From: Desulfobacterales bacterium
Lineage (GTDB): Bacteria; Desulfobacterota; Desulfobacteria; Desulfobacterales; G963662235
DNA length: 64,000 nt
Assembly (NCBI GenBank): GCA_963662235.1
Contig: OY759308.1
Coordinates: forward strand, 1,398,109 to 1,462,108
Direction of reading: 5' to 3'
Under the pieces are notes generated by a model that ran no database searches, was not told the origin of the DNA, and saw only the letters and a program-made list of their open reading frames with translations. The first letter of the stretch is position 1. The number at the start of each line of letters is the position of its first letter. The position numbers were made by a program, and so were the translations under genes. Positions 39,631-48,259 of the stretch are shown here, in pieces.

Positions 39631-40380
39631 TTATCTAATTTTAATTAATGTAGAAAAAAGATTTCTTTTATAATAATCTTTTCCCGTTAAAACCTTATTG
39701 CCTACTACATATTTATAAGAAATTTGTTTTTTACTTTTTTTAGGTAGAATAGAAAGAATAAAAACTTTTACTGCAATAATATTTTTTATACTTATGGGTT
39801 TAAAAAGAGACGAAGTGTTTGATGAGTTATACTCATTTGCTATATTTTCATCAATATTAATGATTTCTATATCAAGCATTCCATCATTATCAGAATCGTA
39901 TGCCCAAATAATTTTGTTGCTACTACCTTTTTCTATATAAGCATATGCAAAAGATATAGATTGAATATTTTCTGCAATAGGCATTAAGTTTCCTTTGCCT
40001 TTTTTTCTTCCTATTACTCCTAAATTTTCATCCGCTATTCCATCTTGATTGGCATCATATTTTTTAGCAAAACCATAGCCAACCATCTCATCAGACGATA
40101 TTTTTCCATCTTCATCTAAATCATAGGAAATTTCTAATGAGGAGTGGCAAGCTTTTGTTATACCAATGTTTTCTCTTTCAAGAGGATTACAATTTGCTCT
40201 TTTGATGTCTCGTTCTATTGTATGGAAAAAAATGCGTACACCACTGCGTTCTTTAATTTTTAAATTGATATTTTTTTCTACATTTCTTTGAACAAAAAAA
40301 AACGAATAACTTAAAGATATAATTATAAAACCAATACTTAAGCTAACTAAAACTTCTATTATTGTGTAACCTTTGCACAT
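39631..40380 (-). CDS. PilW-like minor (pseudo)pilin with three EF-hand-like Ca-binding loops
   Basis: Prepilin N-terminus MCKG|YTIIEVLVSLSIGFIII. Loops are DLDEDGKISSDE (canonical 12-residue EF loop), DANQDGIAD and DSDNDGMLD. Confidence 0.75.
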   Translation of the reverse strand: MCKGYTIIEVLVSLSIGFIIISLSYSFFFVQRNVEKNINLKIKERSGVRIFFHTIERDIKRANCNPLERENIGITKACHSSLEISYDLDEDGKISSDEMVGYGFAKKYDANQDGIADENLGVIGRKKGKGNLMPIAENIQSISFAYAYIEKGSSNKIIWAYDSDNDGMLDIEIINIDENIANEYNSSNTSSLFKPISIKNIIAVKVFILSILPKKSKKQISYKYVVGNKVLTGKDYYKRNLFSTLIKIR

Positions 40381-40410
40381 AATATTGTTTATGAAAAAAT
40401 AGTATTTTTA
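40368..40410 (+). repeat. Solo left end of the MITE family
   Basis: aacctttgcacataatattgtttatgaaaaaatagtattttt matches the consensus gagacctttgcacataatgttttttatgaaaaaatagtggttttt. It supplies the ATG-TGC-AAA-GG start of the PilW-like gene. Confidence 0.75.
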
Positions 40411-40413
40411 AAA

Positions 40414-40911
40414 TTATTCCCATATACCGGCAGTATTGTTCCATTTTCTTAAAACAATATTACCATTTATAGAGTTTGTGCCTACTGAATAGGTTGAGCC
40501 TATACGATTGCTTAAATAGACGTAACCTAAATTTTTTGCAGTTCCATAAGAGGTAAAAGTTGCGGTATTATTTGAATAACTTACATAATCGTCTGGGAAA
40601 TTTTTACTGTTTGTAACAGAAACAGTTGCTTTACCATATCCAAAGAAGACATAAAAATCTTTTAAATTTATCGTTTTATTTAGAATTTCGTACTGATTTT
40701 TTTTTACATTAAAAACAACAGAAATTGTTTTGTTATTTTTTATCGCTTCTGCTCTTGCTTTGTGAAGATTAAAAAACAGCTCTTTCGCTGCTGAACTTAA
40801 TTTGTAATTTAAAGAGATTGTTTTAAAGAAAGGGAAGGAGATGTGTAAAAATATAGAAAGTATAGATACTACAATTATGAGCTCAAAGATAGAGAACGCT
40901 TTTGTTATTAT
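40414..40911 (-). CDS. GspH/FimT-like pseudopilin ORF lacking any ATG, GTG or TTG
   Basis: Not in the ORF track. The frame is open for 180 codons from the TGA at 40956..40954 to the TAA at 40416..40414. It reads ...KKEKIITKA|FSIFELIIVVSILSIFL...YKLSSAAKELFFNLHKARAEAIKNNKTISVVF... The 5' limit shown assumes an ATA start (40911..40909). Confidence 0.6.
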   Translation of the reverse strand: MITKAFSIFELIIVVSILSIFLHISFPFFKTISLNYKLSSAAKELFFNLHKARAEAIKNNKTISVVFNVKKNQYEILNKTINLKDFYVFFGYGKATVSVTNSKNFPDDYVSYSNNTATFTSYGTAKNLGYVYLSNRIGSTYSVGTNSINGNIVLRKWNNTAGIWE

Positions 40912-43274
40912 TTTTTCTTTTTTGAATATTCGTAATCTCCATAAAGAGGTTTGTCATTTTTATAGGTTCCTTTATATAAGGTACCATCTGCCCAAAAAAA
41001 AGTACCCTTCCCCTCTTTTTTACCGTTTTTAAAATAACCTTCGTATCTATTTCTATTAGACCAAGTATATATTCCAAAACCATCAATTGCGTTTTGTGAA
41101 AAATCGCCATCATATTTATCGCCATTTTTAAAAAGCATTGTTCCTTTTCCATGACGTTTGAAATTTTTAAACGTACCTTGATACTCAATGCCGTTTGTAT
41201 ATTTCATTAAACCAAAACCTTCTAATATCCCATTTTTAAAAGAACCTTGATATTTATCTCCATTAGAAAAGATTAAAATAGCGTTACGATCTTCTTTTTT
41301 ATTATTTACGAAAATACCTTTATAATATTTGAAAATGCTATTTTCGTATTTACAAAAACCCTCTCCGTCTAAAAGTCCATTCTTAAAATAGCCCTTGCAA
41401 AAATAAGAACCTGATAGAGACATTGAACCTTGTCCCATAATCTTATCATTACTAAAGTTTCCTTTATAAAGTTTACCATTTTTGAATTTTAATTCTCCAT
41501 ATCCTTCTTTTTTACCTTTTTTAAAAGAACCTTCATAGACACTACCATTTTGTGTTTTGTAAACACCTTGTCCATCCATATATCCATTTTCCCAGTGTCC
41601 GCTATATGTTTCGCCTGTAGAAGTTGTTAAAAGACCTTCTCCATGCCTTTTGCCATTTCTAAAGTCCCCTTCATATTTTGCCCCATTGATATATAGATAG
41701 GTTCCTACACCATTTGGTAGGTCATTTTTCCAGTGACCATTATATTTAGAACCATTATTGTAAATTATTACACCTAAACCATCTCGCTTATCGTTTTTCC
41801 ACTTACCTTTATATAAACTGCCGTCAGGATAGAAATATGAACCTTCTCCCTCTTTTTTATTATTTTTATACTCTCCTGTATATTTACTACCATCTACATA
41901 AACATATGTTCCAGCACCTGTTAGTTTACCAGCTTCATATCCACCTTTATAATAGCTACCATCTGCAAAGAAAAACTCTCCTTTGCCATCGTGTAAGCCT
42001 TTTTTAAATGTACCTTTATATTTACTACCATCGGCATAATTATATACTCCAGCACCTGTTAGTTTCCCAGCCTTATATCCACCTTTATAATAGCTACCAT
42101 CTGCAAAGAAAAACTCTCCTTTACCATCTTGTACACCTTGTTTAAATGAGCCTTTATATTTACTACCATCAGGAAAATAAAAAGTTCCAAGTCCATCAAA
42201 TTTATCATCTTTGAATGTGCCTTCATATTTACACCCATTTCCAAGAATCAAGGTGCCATAACCATTTTTTTTATCATAAATATAGTTGCCTACATATTTA
42301 CTTCCATTTGACCATATATAAGTTCCTTGTCCAGATTTTTGACCGTTTTTATAGTTTCCTTCAAAAGAGTTACCATTGCCAAAATTCATCTTCCAAATTC
42401 CAGCTCTTTTATCGCTTACATAATCTCCTTCATAATGTTTATCACTTGAATCGCTTTTTAAAACCCAGAACCCCTCTTTTAAACCATTTTTGTATTTGCC
42501 TTTTTCAGTACTGTTGTCATAATTTTTTATAGTCCACTTACCTTCTCTTTTATCGTTTTTATAATGGCCTTTATGCACAGAGCTATTTTTAGGGTAAAAA
42601 ACTACAAATTCGCCATGCTTTTTACCATCTACATATTCACCCTTATAAGTTGTCTTTTGACTATCAATAAAAACACCAGGACCATTTCTAAAACCATTTT
42701 CAAATTGTCCTGTAAACTTTGAGCCATTTTTAAACGTTATTATTCCTTTACCATGTTTTAAATCGTTGCTCCATTCGCCTTCATATGTACTTTTATCTTG
42801 CTTAATATATTTTCCAAAACCCTCTCGTTTATTGTCTTTCCAGTCGCCACTATATTTGCTTCCATCACTCCAAGTATATGTTCCTTTCCCATTCCTTAAA
42901 TCGTTTTTCCATTCTCCGTCATATTTACTACCATCTGGCCAAGTGCATTCCCCTTTCCCATCTCTTAAATTGTATTTCCAATTACCAGAATATTTAAAAC
43001 CATCTTTTTTTGAATAGACTCCAAATCCTTCCTTTTTATTATATTTCCAATTGCCTTTATATTTGCTTCCATCTGGCCAAACACAAAGACCTTCGCCATG
43101 TTTGTCCCCAATTTTTAAATTACCTTTATATCTCCCTTTTCCATTAAAGGTATAAACACTATAGCCATTCTTGCAATCTCCAGTTATGCACCTGTCCATT
43201 AACTCTGGTTGCAAACAGGAATTTAAAAAAAATAAAGTGCTAAAAAGTAGTAATATAGAAAGTTTTTTTGTCAT
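40908..43274 (-). CDS. MORN-repeat lipoprotein (about 33 MORN units)
   Basis: Lipoprotein signal MTKKLSILLLFSTLFFLNSC, followed by continuous YxGxWxxxxxxGxG repeats. Start trimmed to the ATG at 43274. Confidence 0.85.
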   Translation of the reverse strand: MTKKLSILLLFSTLFFLNSCLQPELMDRCITGDCKNGYSVYTFNGKGRYKGNLKIGDKHGEGLCVWPDGSKYKGNWKYNKKEGFGVYSKKDGFKYSGNWKYNLRDGKGECTWPDGSKYDGEWKNDLRNGKGTYTWSDGSKYSGDWKDNKREGFGKYIKQDKSTYEGEWSNDLKHGKGIITFKNGSKFTGQFENGFRNGPGVFIDSQKTTYKGEYVDGKKHGEFVVFYPKNSSVHKGHYKNDKREGKWTIKNYDNSTEKGKYKNGLKEGFWVLKSDSSDKHYEGDYVSDKRAGIWKMNFGNGNSFEGNYKNGQKSGQGTYIWSNGSKYVGNYIYDKKNGYGTLILGNGCKYEGTFKDDKFDGLGTFYFPDGSKYKGSFKQGVQDGKGEFFFADGSYYKGGYKAGKLTGAGVYNYADGSKYKGTFKKGLHDGKGEFFFADGSYYKGGYEAGKLTGAGTYVYVDGSKYTGEYKNNKKEGEGSYFYPDGSLYKGKWKNDKRDGLGVIIYNNGSKYNGHWKNDLPNGVGTYLYINGAKYEGDFRNGKRHGEGLLTTSTGETYSGHWENGYMDGQGVYKTQNGSVYEGSFKKGKKEGYGELKFKNGKLYKGNFSNDKIMGQGSMSLSGSYFCKGYFKNGLLDGEGFCKYENSIFKYYKGIFVNNKKEDRNAILIFSNGDKYQGSFKNGILEGFGLMKYTNGIEYQGTFKNFKRHGKGTMLFKNGDKYDGDFSQNAIDGFGIYTWSNRNRYEGYFKNGKKEGKGTFFWADGTLYKGTYKNDKPLYGDYEYSKKKK
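40917..40923 (-). promoter_or_regulatory. Candidate -1 frameshift heptamer A_AAA_AAG (dnaX type)
   Basis: In the MORN frame the sequence is TCA AAA AAG AAA AAA TAA. A -1 slip enters the pseudopilin frame (AAA AAA GAA AAA ATA ATA ACA AAA GCG TTC). Confidence 0.25.
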
Positions 43275-43308
43275 AATTTTTTCACTAAAAATTAAGTGTT
43301 TTAATGTT

Positions 43309-45114
43309 TTAACTGTTTTGTTTTCTCTTATTATAAATAAAAAAACCAATAAAAAACAGTATAATTGGAATAAATGTCATATTTACTATTGTTAATATTT
43401 TACCTAATAAATCTATATCTTGTCTCAATTTTTTTCTGATTTCACGTCTTTGACGTTTGAAATTTATCTCTTTTTCTTTAAATTCTAAAATCTTTTTTTC
43501 TTGTTCTGGTGATAATATTGTTGTTTTGCCGTCTTTCTCTTTTCTTGTCGCTTCAAGTTTATTTAGCTCTTCATTAAGTCTCGATATTTTTGTTGTAAGT
43601 TCTCTATCCAAAACCAACCATTTTTCTTGAGCTTTTTTTTCAAGTTCGACTACTTTATCAAAAGGTCTTAAATATTTTCCTCGCATTCTGATTTTAATTA
43701 AATCTGTATCACCATCTAAGAATTTTAAACAGTTTATAAGAAAAGTAATATTTTGATTAACTTGTCTTACAATTCTATTACCTAAAAAATCAAATACTCT
43801 TATGGCATAAAGGTTATTTAAAAAATCTATATCTCCCATAATAAAAACAGAATTATTTTTTTTAGATTCTTTAATGTGTTTTTTCATATATAAAGAGTCT
43901 TTAGGTTTTTGCTCAAAAGCGGACTTGAATTGCCCTGTTACAATTCCTGCAAGTGAATAAGTTTTATTTTCCTTATTAAAGTTTTCAATCTCTGTAAAAG
44001 GCATAAAGTTCATCTTTTTGCTGTCGATAAAACCTGCTTTATTTTTTGTGTTTATTAAAGATATATAGTCGTTTTTAGCTACGTTCTCAAAATAACTGCT
44101 CTCTATTAATAGCATATCTTGAAAGTTTTTAGAGATGAAGTTGTTTTGGTTAAAATTTTTTTCATCTAATGATAACCAAAAAGGGTATCTAACAGTAAAT
44201 CCATCTCTTGTAGAAACACTTGCTGCAGAATTCATATCAGCTACTACTTTATCATTGTGATATTTAATGCCTATCGTTTTAAAAACAGATTCAGGGTTAG
44301 ATGATGTGGCTATCGCAAGCTGTCTCGCCATATTTTTTTCTATAGATGTTCTTGCCGAAGAATCGACAAGAATTGCAGTCTTTCCGCCGTTTAAAATGTA
44401 TTGATCTATAGCATATTCTGTCTCTTCAATAAGTTCAGGAGGATGTAAAAGCATAAGTAACGAAATGTTTTGTGGAATCTCTTCTATATCTTCTGCAAGA
44501 AACTCGATATCAAATAGTTTTTCTATTTCGCTTATAAAAAGCCATTCATTTTGAACTTCACGAATATTTTTTAATGGAAGAGATGTTATTATGCCAATTT
44601 TACTTTTTTCCTTAGACCTTTGGACTTGAGTAAGCATATTGGTAATTTCAAATTCAAGAGAGTTCTCATCTCTAATATCAAAAAAAGGTATTGAAAAAGT
44701 CTTGTCCCCACAAATAGCAACTGCACCAATATAAAAAGGGGTAGAGACCCCTGCTGAAATTTGCTTTATTCCGTATCTTGTAGCATTAAGCTCTTCTTCT
44801 GTATCTGGAAGAGGATCGTGTATTTCAAAACTGATAAGATTATTGTATTCAAGATACTCTTTTAAAAACTCTTCTACCCTCTTCCCATAATTTTTTATAA
44901 CTGTAGATAAAGTATCATTAGAAGCTGAAAAGTAATATTTTATAGTTATTTTCTTATCTATTTTTTTTATAATGTTTTTGGATTCATTAGATAAAGTAAA
45001 GAGGTTATCTTTTGTAAGGTCTATTTTAAAAAAAATCTTACCTGCAATAAAATTAACTATAAATAAAAAGAGAAATAGAAATAAAACTTTTAGTGGCAAC
45101 TTAATTGATTTCAT
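43309..45114 (-). CDS. GldG-like ABC-transporter auxiliary protein (ABC_transp_aux)
   Basis: N- and C-terminal TM anchors, a large periplasmic domain, a coiled-coil segment, and position after an ABC-2 permease. Confidence 0.7.
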   Translation of the reverse strand: MKSIKLPLKVLFLFLFLFIVNFIAGKIFFKIDLTKDNLFTLSNESKNIIKKIDKKITIKYYFSASNDTLSTVIKNYGKRVEEFLKEYLEYNNLISFEIHDPLPDTEEELNATRYGIKQISAGVSTPFYIGAVAICGDKTFSIPFFDIRDENSLEFEITNMLTQVQRSKEKSKIGIITSLPLKNIREVQNEWLFISEIEKLFDIEFLAEDIEEIPQNISLLMLLHPPELIEETEYAIDQYILNGGKTAILVDSSARTSIEKNMARQLAIATSSNPESVFKTIGIKYHNDKVVADMNSAASVSTRDGFTVRYPFWLSLDEKNFNQNNFISKNFQDMLLIESSYFENVAKNDYISLINTKNKAGFIDSKKMNFMPFTEIENFNKENKTYSLAGIVTGQFKSAFEQKPKDSLYMKKHIKESKKNNSVFIMGDIDFLNNLYAIRVFDFLGNRIVRQVNQNITFLINCLKFLDGDTDLIKIRMRGKYLRPFDKVVELEKKAQEKWLVLDRELTTKISRLNEELNKLEATRKEKDGKTTILSPEQEKKILEFKEKEINFKRQRREIRKKLRQDIDLLGKILTIVNMTFIPIILFFIGFFIYNKRKQNS

Positions 45115-45156
45115 AATTTTTAAAATTTATTTTTATAAGAACTTTTCTCAAAATTC

Positions 45157-45894
45157 TCATTTTTCTTTATTTAGTGTTAATATATTTAAACTTAAAAATA
45201 GAACTATTATAGAAAAAAAGTATATTAAGTCTCTTGAATCTATTATACCTTTTATTCCTCTTTGAAAATGCGTTACAAAAGATAAGTTTGCGATAAACTC
45301 ATAAAAATTAATGGGTAAAAAAGTAAAGTAGTGTTTAAATGTATCAAACCCTAAAAAAACGAAAATAAAACATATTAAAATAGAAAAGACAAAGCTTACA
45401 ATTTGATTTTGTGTAACAGAGCTTGCAAACAAACTTATAGACAAATATGCCCCTGCCATAATCCAAGACATAAGATATCCGCTAAATATAGGACCAAAAT
45501 CTGGATTGCCAAGATAATAGAGTGTAAGAACAACAGGGAAGGTTAAAAAAATAGCTATTAAGACAAAGCACCAAAGAGCAAAAAATTTACCAAGTGTAAT
45601 CTCATAAAGCGAAACAGGAAGAGTTCTTAATATTTCGTATGTGCCACTTCTTTTTTCTTCTGCCCAAACTTTCATACCTAAAGCTGGAAGTAAAAAAAGA
45701 TATAACCAAGGATGAAAATAAAAAAACAAATCTAAACTCGATTGACCAGTTGAATAGAATTTACCTATCACAAAAGTAAAAATGGCTTGAAGGATTAAAA
45801 AAATAATTAGGAAAATTAAAGAGGAGAGTGAAAAAATATAACCTTTAAATTCTTTCTTAAAAATCACAAATACTGAAGTTAAAAAACTATTCAT
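45157..45894 (-). CDS. ABC-2 type transporter permease (GldF-like)
   Basis: Six predicted TM helices in the typical ABC-2 layout. No ATPase gene is adjacent. Confidence 0.75.
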   Translation of the reverse strand: MNSFLTSVFVIFKKEFKGYIFSLSSLIFLIIFLILQAIFTFVIGKFYSTGQSSLDLFFYFHPWLYLFLLPALGMKVWAEEKRSGTYEILRTLPVSLYEITLGKFFALWCFVLIAIFLTFPVVLTLYYLGNPDFGPIFSGYLMSWIMAGAYLSISLFASSVTQNQIVSFVFSILICFIFVFLGFDTFKHYFTFLPINFYEFIANLSFVTHFQRGIKGIIDSRDLIYFFSIIVLFLSLNILTLNKEK

Positions 45895-45920
45895 TTCAAT
45901 ACCTTAAAATATTAATCTTT

Positions 45921-46101
45921 GAGACCTTTACACATAGCTTAATTTTGCTTTTGTATTTTTATACTTCGAACCCAAAACAAAAGTAAAAGAAAGCGTAAGT
46001 CTTTATAATGGTTGTACAAGTTTTTGTAAAATTATCAAAAGTTAGTATTTTACAAAAAAAATCACTATTTTTTAATAAAAAACATTATGTGTAGAGGTCT
46101 C
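45921..46101 (-). mobile_element. MITE-like element, copy 5
   Basis: Termini gagacctttacacatagc...cattatgtgtagaggtctc. It overlaps the last 9 codons of thiE. Confidence 0.85.
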
Positions 46102-47145
46102 ATTTAGTAAATTATAGATTTTGTTTATTTTACTTTGTATATCTTTTGCACCTACAATTTCGGTTATCATAGCAAAACATTTTGCACCTCTTTTCTTTGT
46201 CTCCAAAATGTTATGCTCTTTTATCCCACCTATTGCAACAAAAGGTATTTTTATGTTTTTTACTACATAATCTAAATATTTTAGCCCAACAGGATCTATA
46301 ACATCCTTTTTTGTTTTGGTTTTAAATATAGGTCCAACACCTATATAATCGGCTCCTTCTTTCACTGCTCTATCTGCTTCTTTCGGAGAATGGGTGGAAA
46401 CACCAATAATCATATTATCGCCAACAAGTTTTCTAACTTCTTTTATAGGTATATCTTCTTGACCTATATGAACTCCATCAGCACCAACTAAAATTGCAAG
46501 GTCAATATCGTCATTCATAATAAAAAGAGCGTCATATTTATTACAAAGAGCTTTTATTTTTTTCGCTTGTTCATATTTATAAAGCATCTTTTTTTCTTTT
46601 TCTCGGTATTGAAAAACTTTTACACCAGCTTTTAATATCTCTTCTGCAACATAAACATTATCTCTCATACAAGAAAACTCTTCACCTGATATAGCATAAA
46701 TACCTGTTATTTTTTTCTTTTTTGCATCAAGAGACTTAAAAATAGTAACTTCCTTTTCGATATTATAAACATCAAATCTAAGCTCTTCGTACAATTTAGA
46801 AAGTTTATGAAGTTTTTCAATTTTTAAATTTTCTTCTATACACCTTAAAGCTTCCTCAACTCTTTTGAAGTTTGCATAGATAAGCTCATTAATATTGTTC
46901 TTTTTGTCTAAACCCTCTTTTTTATTAGAATTTTTCAAGCCTACATCAAAAAGAGATGAGCGTTTTGTTAAAAATTTTTCATTAAAATTCTTTAGACTTT
47001 TTCTTATTTTATGCCTTAGAAGACGCAGTTCATTACTGATATTTTCATCTTCATAAATAAAACGGAAAATATCTTCTATAACTCTTATACCTTCAGATGC
47101 TCTGTTGAGATTAGCATCTAAAATTCTAAAACTATCGTTTAACAT
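46072..47145 (-). CDS. thiE: Thiamine-phosphate synthase with about 150-aa N-terminal extra domain
   Basis: The C-terminal TMP-TENI domain has FQYREK, ALFIMNDDIDLA, GADGVHIGQED and VAIGGI. The alternative start at 47175 (MCKGLK) lies inside the MITE. Confidence 0.85.
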   Translation of the reverse strand: MLNDSFRILDANLNRASEGIRVIEDIFRFIYEDENISNELRLLRHKIRKSLKNFNEKFLTKRSSLFDVGLKNSNKKEGLDKKNNINELIYANFKRVEEALRCIEENLKIEKLHKLSKLYEELRFDVYNIEKEVTIFKSLDAKKKKITGIYAISGEEFSCMRDNVYVAEEILKAGVKVFQYREKEKKMLYKYEQAKKIKALCNKYDALFIMNDDIDLAILVGADGVHIGQEDIPIKEVRKLVGDNMIIGVSTHSPKEADRAVKEGADYIGVGPIFKTKTKKDVIDPVGLKYLDYVVKNIKIPFVAIGGIKEHNILETKKRGAKCFAMITEIVGAKDIQSKINKIYNLLNETSTHNVFY

Positions 47146-47160
47146 ATTATATATTATTTT

Positions 47161-47440
47161 GAGACCTTTGCACATAGCTTAAATTTTGCTTTTGTTTTGT
47201 GGTTCACCCTGTGAAATATTTTTAAATTTTTCAAATTTAAAAATAATATTTGAGCTGTAAAGCATCAAATATTATTTCACTGGGGTAAAGTAGTATTCTT
47301 ATACGTCGAACCCAAAACAAAAGTGAAAGAGAGCGTAAGTCTTTATAGGGGTTTTAGAGGTTTTTTTAAAAATTACCAAAAGTTAATATTTTTTCAAAAC
47401 CACTATTTTTTTCATAAAAAATATTATGTGCAAAGGTCTC
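47161..47440 (-). mobile_element. MITE-like element, copy 6 (long form, 280 bp)
   Basis: Near-identical to copy 2 and includes the 84-bp sub-insertion (47204..47287). TATTTT occurs on both flanks (47155..47160 and 47441..47446). Confidence 0.9.
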
Positions 47441-47446
47441 TATTTT

Positions 47447-48259
47447 TTATACCGTTCCATAACTATGAAGACTCGGTAAATAGTTAACGCCAAAATATGT
47501 GAAAAGAACTGCTAAAAAGCCAATGATAGAGATATAAGCAAGCTTTCTACCACGCCAACTTTTTACAAGTCTTGCATGGATTAAAATTGCATAAATAAAC
47601 CAAGTTATAAGAGACCATGTCTCTTTTGGATCCCATGACCAATAACTGCCCCAAGCAGAATTTGCCCAAACAGAGCCTGTCATAATTCCTATAGTCAAAA
47701 ATAAAAAACCCAAAACTACCATTTGATAGTTAATTTCATCCAGTTCATTTAATTTAAGGTTTAAATAGTTAATTCGAACCAAATAGATAATACTAATTAC
47801 AAAGGATAGTGCAAAACCAGCATAACCTAAAAAACAAGTTATAACATGTATTGTAAGCCAATTGCTTTTTAAAGCTGGAATTAGAGGAGTTATTTTAGTG
47901 TTGATGTCAGGAGATAGAGAAGAATAAGCTATAGTTATAAAAGCTATTATACTAGCAAAAGCACTTATAAAATAGTTTTTATATTTAATTTCTAAAAAAA
48001 TATATACTAAAGCTATACATAAAGTAAAAAAGACTAAAGATTCGTATAAATTTGTAAGAGGGATTCTACCTATTCCTAATTTATATGAAACTATCCATCT
48101 TACAGCAAAACCTGCAAGATTTAGGAATATAGCAAAAATAGTTATATATTTTCCTACTAAACCCAATCTCTCTTTATTAAAAATAACAGATAATATATAA
48201 AAAACAGAAGCAAAAAAATATACAAATGTAGATATTGAAATTAAAATTGAATAACTCAT
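47447..48259 (-). CDS. ccsA: Cytochrome c biogenesis protein CcsA (system II heme handling)
   Basis: W-rich motif WANSAWGSYWSWDPKETWSLITW. Confidence 0.92.
   Translation of the reverse strand: MSYSILISISTFVYFFASVFYILSVIFNKERLGLVGKYITIFAIFLNLAGFAVRWIVSYKLGIGRIPLTNLYESLVFFTLCIALVYIFLEIKYKNYFISAFASIIAFITIAYSSLSPDINTKITPLIPALKSNWLTIHVITCFLGYAGFALSFVISIIYLVRINYLNLKLNELDEINYQMVVLGFLFLTIGIMTGSVWANSAWGSYWSWDPKETWSLITWFIYAILIHARLVKSWRGRKLAYISIIGFLAVLFTYFGVNYLPSLHSYGTV

Noticed and set aside
40841-41188. Track ORFs 40841..41032 (+) and 40883..41188 (-)
   Set aside because: They are shadow frames over the MORN gene 3' end and the pseudopilin 5' end, with low-complexity translations.
47146-47446. TPP riboswitch upstream of thiE, and upstream of thiS at 62554..62583; cobalamin riboswitch upstream of the BtuF-like gene (25195..25620)
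   Set aside because: These spacers consist of MITE sequence or are too short. I found no CUGAGA...ACCUGA (TPP) or B12-box-like core in them. Only a covariance-model scan could fully exclude one.
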